Below are positions 12,727-20,000 of a stretch of DNA of 20,000 nucleotides, one piece after another. The DNA is taken from positions 419,621 through 439,620 of the forward strand of contig JABLTG010000001.1 in NCBI GenBank assembly GCA_016618085.1, given 5' to 3'. Within the stretch, counting starts at the first letter, position 1. Each line of letters opens with the position of its first letter. The position numbers and the translations under genes are program-made. Under the pieces are notes generated by a model. It searched no databases and was not told the origin of the DNA. It saw nothing but the letters and a program-made list of their open reading frames with translations. This DNA is from Neovahlkampfia damariscottae (lineage: Eukaryota).

Positions 12727-12788
12727 TGTCTTGAAAAAACGTGTTCGTATGTTATTGGTTGAATTGTTGCCAGTGTTTTGTAAGCTTC
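12727..12788. promoter_or_regulatory. 62-nt bidirectional promoter with one CCAAT box
   Basis: Divergent ATGs at 12726 and 12789 with TTATTGGTT at 12752-12760. Confidence 0.55.
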
Positions 12789-14982
12789 ATGAAGTTCAAT
12801 TTTAGGAAAATAACCATCATAGTGGGTTGTATTTTGCTCATAAATATCATAATCACACTAATTTTTTTTTTAGGAATTTCAAAACACAAACAACAAAATG
12901 ATGAACAACACAAGACAACAAAATCAACAAAACAAGAGGAAAAAAAAATCAAAATATGGAAAGATTTAAATATCAATGGAAACAAAAATAGACTGACATT
13001 AGTGACATATGCACGAAATAAAGCAGAATTAAAATGGTACTCAAAAGAATACCAAAATCAATTGAAAGATTTGTCAATTGAAGAAAAACCATACATTATT
13101 TGTGTACTATGTCAGTTAAATATAGATAAAAAAGAAGAATATTTGAGAAATGATCGAATATATTTCATAAATTCACATGATCCTCATTGTGATATTTCAA
13201 AATTATATAAACTTGGTTTATCGGAAGTTGAATCCGAATTATTCATGTTTATCGAACCAGGATTTACATTTACATCAGATTTATTCACATACTTGATGGA
13301 TTCAAAGTTATCTCATCAATTAGAAGACAAAGATGAAAATATTTCTTATATGCTCTTAGCATTTGAATCAACAAAAGAAAATCGAAAATTTCCAAAAAAC
13401 GGTGAATTTCGCACAGAAAATATTAAAATGTACCACCAGAAGAAAATCAGAAATTTTCAAGATTTAAGAAATTACCACTTATATTCAGAAAATGTACAAA
13501 ACTATATTATACCTCAAATTTTGGAACCAAATATGAAAAATTTAAGATCAAATCAAGAATCTATTGATGTTCCAATATATAAAGATTCTAAATCTGATAT
13601 TAAATTACCAAGAGTTTTTTGGTTTCTACTGGAAACAAAGAGATTCAAATTTGATATGATGTTATTATTGGATAAATTATATTATTCATATAAATATGAA
13701 CTTTATTCAAGACCTTTGGTTACTAGAGAAAGAATTATTAATGAAATGTCTAAAATACAAGATTATAAAATTCATATGATTTTGGAAAAGGCTGTATTCT
13801 ATCATAAATTTCCACGTGAACCAGGAGTCACATTAGCTATTCATTTATCATTTGATAGAATAAATTCATTACAAAAGTCAATTGATAGATGGGAGGTACA
13901 AATATATCCACTTAATATTCATAGGGTCCTGTTGCAATCGCCTTTGGAGTGAATAAATTTGACGATTGTTCAAAAGTTGATGATTTCATTCATAAGAATC
14001 AAAAACGTTTAGAATCCATGAAAATCACATGTATTTTAAACGATAATCTACCAAAGAAAGAAGATTCCGTTAAATACTTTTATTCTGGAGGGAAAATAGG
14101 TACATCTTATCCTGTCAATATCATGAGAAATTCTGTGTTGAATATTGTGCAAACAGAACTCTCTTTTTTAATAGATGCTGATTTTTGTCCTGATAAGTTA
14201 GATTTTATTCATTTTAACATCAAAGAAATCTTTATGGAAGATTAAAAAAATTGTTGAAAACTTCTGCAAAGACTGTCGAAATATTACCTAAAAATCTGAG
14301 AGATGAATTTTTCAAAATTCCATCCAAAAGAGAATTAAAGGGAAATTTGTATGATCTTTTAAAAAAATCGGTATTTATTGTTCCCGCTTTTGATTTTGAA
14401 TTTAAGAACAGAGAAACACCAAATAGAAAATCAGGTTTCTTTAATTGTATTTTTAACAAAAATTTAGAGCTGATTGAATTAGTGAAAAGGAATAAAATGT
14501 CACCAGTTTTATCAAAATCAAAAGATAAAAATCAGCATCAATCACATTCTTATGTCAACTACAAAAAGTGGTACAAATCAAAGAAGATTTATCAAATTTT
14601 TTCAAAATTTCCATTTGAACCTGTAAGTGAAATGATACTCATTAAAATGGCAAGTATGTGGTTGGAAATATTGAAGAAATGCCATTTTATGATGAAAGAT
14701 TCATCTATTATGGTGATGACAAAGTGTTTTATCATCATTGGATGAATTTAATGGGATTCAAATATTTTGTTCTTCCTGATAATTTCATTACTCATCTATG
14801 GCATAAAAAAAGTAAATGGTCAAAAAAAGAGAGAGAAACAACTAAAATGTAACCAAAAAAATCAAAAAATTTAACATTTTCAACTCAGTGCAATTTTGAA
14901 TTATTCAAAACAAATCGGAAATGAAATTAGAATGAAATTCATGGACAGGTATAATTTATTGAAAAAATCCAAATTGAAATAA
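12789..14982 (+). CDS. Type II membrane GT49 (LARGE/B4GAT1-like) glycosyltransferase. Introns 13896-13924, 14197-14225, 14435-14467, 14623-14654, 14849-14888.
   Basis: N-terminal TM anchor. C-terminal VTLAIHLSFDR..RWEGPVAIA..YPVNIMRN..FLIDADF.P..VFIVPAF..FEPYVV..YDERFIYYGDDK..GFKYFVLPDNFITH are GT49 motifs. Confidence 0.88.
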
Positions 14983-14986
14983 TAAT

Positions 14987-16569
14987 TTATTTTGAATTTT
15001 TTATTTTATCATCAAAATATTTCCATAAAACTGAGAACATAACACCTTGCATACCATTTGCAAGAATTCTTGTTTTCAAACCTCTCCCAAAAAGACCAGC
15101 AACACCATCTTCTTTAATGACATTTTTAACTGTATCAACATAAGAAATTGATTCAGATGATGTTTGTTTATAAGTTTTGACAACTCTAATGGAGTTTGAA
15201 ACAGTATCTGAAACAACAGAAGCAGAAAAACCTAAAAATGCATTTCTTGATAATTTTGCCATCATTGTATCAGGAACTGGAATAGTAGCATCTAAATAAT
15301 TATAAGTGAAAAACCATGGAAAATGACCAGCAAAAGTAGCTCCTGAAGCTGCTAAAGCACCATGATAAAAAACTGAAGGTCCATGTGCTCTGGATTTCGC
15401 CATAAGAGCTCTTAAAGCATCTTTTCCATCAACTTGTAATTTGGTTTTCATTGTATCAATTGGCATTAAGAAAATTCTCCACTAAGAAAACAGTTAAAAA
15501 ATTTTTTTTTTTTTTTTTACAAGAGCCGCAGTTGCACTTGCGAAAATTGTTTTGACTCCAACAGGTAAATTTTCAGTTGAAGGACTTGCATTTAACAAGG
15601 CTAATACACCAGTGTTTGCAGCAGTATCTCCAAAACGTGATAAAGGTCCTTGAAATAATGCAGGTCCAATACCTCTATAAAATCTACGAATACCACCTTC
15701 AGCATATAATGTTTTAATTGTATTGAGAGTTGAGGTTCCTCCATATTTATATCTTAAAAGGTGTCAAAATAAAATTGATGGTTACTGATAATTCATTGCT
15801 GTTCTCATCCACATTAAACTACTAACTTGAATAAACATAGCAAATGCCTTTGGAAGAAAAAATTTAAAATATAAAGAGTCTTACACCTGCTACACCACCT
15901 CCAGCAGCTCTGTGAAGTGCTTTTTTAAAGATACTTTTTGTGTCAACTGCTTGAGCTTGAACTTCTTTCGGTGCGCCTTTTTGTAACGTTTCAAGTTCTT
16001 TATAGATTTTACTGATGATTTTATTAATGTTTTTGTGTTTGACTTACTCTGCTTCTAAAAATTCTTTGTTGTGTAAAGCAACTTTTAAACTTAATCTTAA
16101 AGATTTTAAATGTTCTGCTTTTGTAATTAAGTCATTCATTTTTAACTTAATATCATGAGCCTTTGCAAAATCTTTTTCTTCAATTGCTTTTTCTAAATCA
16201 TTCTTGAGTGTACCAACTTGTTCAACAGCCTTAATAAAGAATTTTAACACAAAAAAAAAAAAAAATTACCTCTGCTGTTGGATCATAGTAGTCTTCATCC
16301 ATTTCGTATGATTTTAATCTATACGCTGCGTCTTCATCATTAGAGCCCTCTACAATCAATTTTTTAAATTCTTCACATGGAAATCTTTTGTAACCACCTT
16401 CTGTGTAATGAATTTTTACAGTGTTGTCAGATTCACGAATGTCAACAATGACAGCAGCATAGTTAACACCACCATAGTATTTTCCTGTTCCTTGAACAGT
16501 TACAGGTTCTCCAACAAAGTATTTTCTTTTTCCAAATTCCAAAGCAAGTTGTTTGTCGTTTCCACTCAT
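14987..16569 (-). CDS. Mitochondrial carrier (SLC25) with N-terminal Tudor/SH3-like and two UVR-like helical segments. Introns 16230-16269, 16012-16047, 15848-15884, 15753-15785, 15482-15520. Alternative ATG at 16617.
   Basis: Five GT-AG introns join everything in one frame. Carrier repeats: AAGGGVAGAFAM..LMWMRTAMNYQYKYG..EGGIRRFYRG; MPIDTMKTKLQ..FYHG; NSIRVVKTYKQ..EDGVAGLFGRGL. Confidence 0.88.
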
Positions 16570-16657
16570 AATGTCGGAGTAAACCAATAACGGAGTTTTT
16601 ATAATTTGACCAATCATTTATTTACGCTTCCAACGTCAAATAAAATTTTTTAAATTT

Positions 16658-17884
16658 TTATTCAAATGGATCAATTGTTTGTATTGTTAATCTACAATCT
16701 TCGATAACACTAATTGTTGGGAATATTTTACCAGCGATTCTTGTAAATGCTTTACCACAAGAAATTCCATTTTGAAAGATTTCAAGAGTCCCACCATCAC
16801 CTCCTAATTTATGAAATTCAACTTTAGCTTTGACAATATCACCTTCTTTAAACTTTGGTGAGTTCCAATTGGTCTCTTTGATGTAAATTGAACGATTTTC
16901 ATTTTTGAAATAATTAGCTTTCAAATGTAATCTATCACCTATCACAAATTGAATTCAAAAAATTTAAGAATTACCGTTTTTTAAGCCAATTCCAAATCCA
17001 TTATTTTTTCCATATCCAATCACATTCGAAAATGTCGATTTTCGAAAAGAAAAATATTCTCTTTCGAGACCTAACACAATGCTCCACTCATGTTTCAAAT
17101 TACTACTATCAATTTTAACCTCCCATTCAAAACAATCTCTTTTCATTAAGTTTTTATTTGAACTTGCATTAGAAACGTCTGAAATTGGAGGAATTACTAT
17201 TGAAAGTTTCGTTCTTACAGCTTCATACATTTCTTTCTGATCTTTCATTTCCATTGTCAATCCGAAATTTGAAATCGAAATACTTTTTCCATGATCAAAT
17301 TCGTCGAACCTTAGGTTCAATCCCCACTCACAAAATCGAAAATAAAATTTTTTCCAAGAGTAATCAATTTCTTTCTTTTTGATATTATTTATTATTTTAT
17401 CTATTTTTTCAGTTTCATTTTTACAAATTTTTCTTCTTTTTTCGTAAGAAATAATAGACATATATTTCCAAAAAATTTCTTTTTTTAGAATTGAATTCCA
17501 TTCTTTATTTATAATAGCCAACGTTTGATCAATTTCGGTATACGTGAAAAATGAAAATATTATACACAATACATCTTCATTTAAATTATTAAAAACATTT
17601 TCAACTTCATTGTTGAAATATCCAAACAGAATAGTTTTTGGTATTAAACTTTTGAATTTTTCATCTTCTTTGAAAGTAATAAATAATATATCATCATGAA
17701 ATATTTCATCAGTAGTTTCAATTTCACCTCCTTTTGTAGTGTATAATGAAATGAAGTCGGTATCAACACCAAACTTTTTAGAACAAAACATTTTAACATC
17801 TTCCATTGTATTTGTTTCATCAAATACAACAACTTTTCCGTTTTTATCACTTCCGTTCAAATAACAGTTGATCCTCTTCTTCAT
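16658..17884 (-). CDS. KHA/DCX-like (KCTD9 N-terminal-like) + F-box + SPRY domain protein. Intron 16939-16974.
   Basis: KRINCYLNGSDKNGKVV..SKKFGV..LYTTKGGEI..IFHDDILFI resembles the KCTD9 N-terminal ubiquitin-like domain. NLNEDVLCIIFSFF..INKEW is an F-box. FEWEVKID..IVLG..FKEGDIV..GTLEIFQNG..GKAF..FPTIS is SPRY. Confidence 0.82.
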
Positions 17885-17959
17885 GTTTACCTGAATTAAA
17901 ATGATTGGCGAAAAAAAATAAACATTAATTTTTATTTCACAAAATTTTAGAATCTCGAA

Positions 17960-19128
17960 TTATTGTAAGGTCATTAATTTACCATCACTTTGAATTTGGA
18001 CTCCAGATAATTTTTTCATTGAAATGGCTTCCATGGTATCACGACTCAATCTCTTCCATCTTTTATATTCACGAGAAAAAAGAAATCTTGAATATGTATC
18101 ATTTAAATTCCTCATAACTACAGCATCCAATGATCTAAACAAATCTATAGGTGCTTCTTTGTTCTCTACTTTTTGACGAATTGGTTCAATTGTGCATGCA
18201 TCTGCATTGATTTCTAAAGGAGACAAATCTCCACCAATATATTTGATAACCATTTGTTGAGCATGTTTTAATCTTTTTGTAGAACTTTTTAAAGTTTTAT
18301 ATTTGTCACTGTCCACCTTATACAAAACGTTTTCAATGCTGAACTCTTTTTTTGCATATTCATAAAACAATTCAAAGGTTGCTTGATTTTTGAATATTTC
18401 GAACAATTTAAATGATGTATCTTCAGTTTGTATTTTATTTGGCTTGTAATATCTTATGATAGTAACGAGCAATGAGAAAACTCCTCCAACCAATGCCAAA
18501 AAAACAAGAATCAAAAGTTCAATCATTATTGCCTTTATGTAATCAGGTAATGGAGCAAGTCCCCAAACAAAAGCTATGCATTGAAATATGAGTATTTGAT
18601 TTAAAATTTACCAATTGGAAGAAAAATAATCATTGGAAAAGATTCAATTCTAAAAAAATATCGATCATCATCAAAGAAGTATCTCCTACAACCACATTTA
18701 ATAAAATAGGTATAATTCTTGATGGCATCAAAAATTTGTGATCCAAAATATGCGAAAGTAGAGACAGTGAAGCATAAAACTTGAATATAAGTTCCAAATG
18801 TATTTACAGTTTGAGTGCATCTAAATCCTCCAATTGCAAGCAAAATAGTGTAAAGAAATACTTGGATTAAATAAATAATTAAAGATGAAATAACAAGTGA
18901 AAGTGGTGATTTCAATCTTTTCAGAAACAAAACATAAATTGGAATAGTTCTATATGATCCAATATCATCAGTACTCTCCTTCTTGTTCATTGATTGTTTG
19001 TTGATATTTTCTTGAATCCAAAGAAAATTTTGTGCAAATATGTAATGTAAATAGATATAAGTTAATGCCCAATATCTGAAAAAGTTAAATCGGAGAATAA
19101 TTTCTACTTACGGCCAATGAATTGATGG
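17960..19128 (-). CDS. Multi-pass transmembrane RGS-domain protein (7TM-RGS type), 5' part missing or disrupted. Introns 18574-18611, 19076-19111.
   Basis: RGS motifs FYEYAKKEFSIENVLY, KYIGGDLSPLEIN and NLNDTYSRF follow several TM helices. Upstream of the 19076-19111 intron the frame (PSIHWP) hits TAA at 19131-19129 with no ATG. Confidence 0.8.
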
Positions 19129-19194
19129 TTATTGTGATAAAAGTGGCCAATTAGATTTAATTTTGCCAGTTATTTTTAGAATTTTTATTTGAAG

Positions 19195-19261
19195 TTGTTC
19201 AAGTTGAACAAAAAAGACCTTTTGTTCAACTAGAAAATACTGAAAAAGATCTCAAGTATTT
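19195..19261. repeat. Hairpin/repeat cluster immediately upstream of the Fanzor-like ORF
   Basis: Perfect 12-bp inverted repeat AGTTGAACAAAA (19202-19213)/TTTTGTTCAACT (19220-19231). TTGTTCAA occurs three times (19195 fwd, 19204 rev, 19222 fwd). A second stem is AAATACT (19235-19241)/AGTATTT (19255-19261). Confidence 0.8.
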
Positions 19262-19264
19262 AAA

Positions 19265-20000
19265 ATGTCCAAACAGCTCAAATTGGATTCATTTTGGAAA
19301 GAAAAAAATGTTACTTCAACATCAACAACAGAAGTGATAAAAAAGAGAAAACTTGAAGAAACAAAAGAAACAGGAAATATGAAATCAACATATAAACAAG
19401 GAAAAAATTCGTATCCTTTTTGGTGGACTAAAGAAAGAAGACATGCTACAAGTGAAACGTATACCTCCAAGTTCTTCAGTTGACAAGAATATTTGTTGGA
19501 CAAAAAAGTTGGTAGAACAATCTTCATTAACAGAAGGTGTTTTATTTTCATCAAAAGATGTTCCAAAAGAAAACAAAAAAGTTTCACATAAAACTGGTTT
19601 ATCAAAGAAACAACTTGATACAGATGAAATTATTCGATCAAGAAAAATTCTTTTAAAACCAACAAGTGAACAAAAGAAAAAAATACAAGAATGGATGAGA
19701 ATTACTCGATTCGTTTACAATTTAACTCATCATTTTGTTGAAGATCTTGGATATGATGCAAATTTTATGTTATTGAAAAACATTATTTTAAATGCAGATA
19801 AGAATCCAGAATCTTCAAAATACCCTTGGTTGTTCAATAGAAAATTGAAAAAAATACTACGAGATGCTTAGATTATGTTATTCAGCAATATGTCTGTAAT
19901 GTTCACAGTTCAACAGAAATGCTGAAAGAAAAACAAAAGAAAACAAACAAAAAAATCAAATTAGAAGCAAACATGAAAAAAAGAACTGAAAAAATGTCTC
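19265..20000 (+). mobile_element. TnpB/Fanzor (Fanzor2-like) ORF, 5' portion, with two frameshifts (about 19452 and about 19868); truncated by the window end
   Basis: RSRKILLKPTSEQKKKIQEWMRITRFVYN matches the TnpB/IS605-OrfB N-terminal signature (KIRLYP..EQ....W.G..R..YN). It is preceded by a long basic N-terminal extension with PFWW and followed by PWL..RDA/LDYVIQQY..basic region. The RuvC domain is not in the window. Confidence 0.8.

Noticed and set aside
1..19128. Fragmented ORFs read as an alternative genetic code or mass pseudogenisation
   Set aside because: Nearly all breaks are explained by short GT-AG introns that restore conserved motifs in frame.
19112..19151. GGCCAAT direct repeat (19112 and 19145) as a target-site duplication
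   Set aside because: The copies are only 33 nt apart on the same side of the element, so they cannot flank it.
19252..19605. Minus-strand ORFs over the Fanzor 5' region as a transposase
   Set aside because: No serine-recombinase, HUH or DDE motifs; these are antisense shadows.
1..20000. CRISPR array, tRNA, rRNA or spliceosomal snRNA
   Set aside because: No regularly spaced repeats or conserved RNA signatures were seen.

Overview
AT-rich, very gene-dense eukaryotic (protist) DNA using the standard code. I resolved 33 GT-AG introns of 29-44 nt, intergenic gaps as small as 4-65 nt, and CCAAT boxes just upstream of most start codons. The TM-RGS gene and overall architecture suggest a heterolobosean-like amoeba (inference). 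Genes in order: NOP9-like PUF protein (runs off the left edge), TMEM135-like, concentrative nucleoside transporter, short RPA1 paralog, an unresolved/degenerate 2.2-kb stretch, NT-C2+Dilute protein, M32 carboxypeptidase with signal peptide, tandem-domain GT49 glycosyltransferase, Tudor-like/UVR-like mitochondrial carrier fusion, KHA-F-box-SPRY protein, and a 5'-broken TM-RGS gene. The right end holds the 5' part of a TnpB/Fanzor2-like ORF (RNA-guided nuclease family) with an N-terminal PIP-box-like motif and NLS, two compensating frameshifts and a hairpin/repeat-rich upstream end. All family calls are from motif recognition by eye, with no database search.
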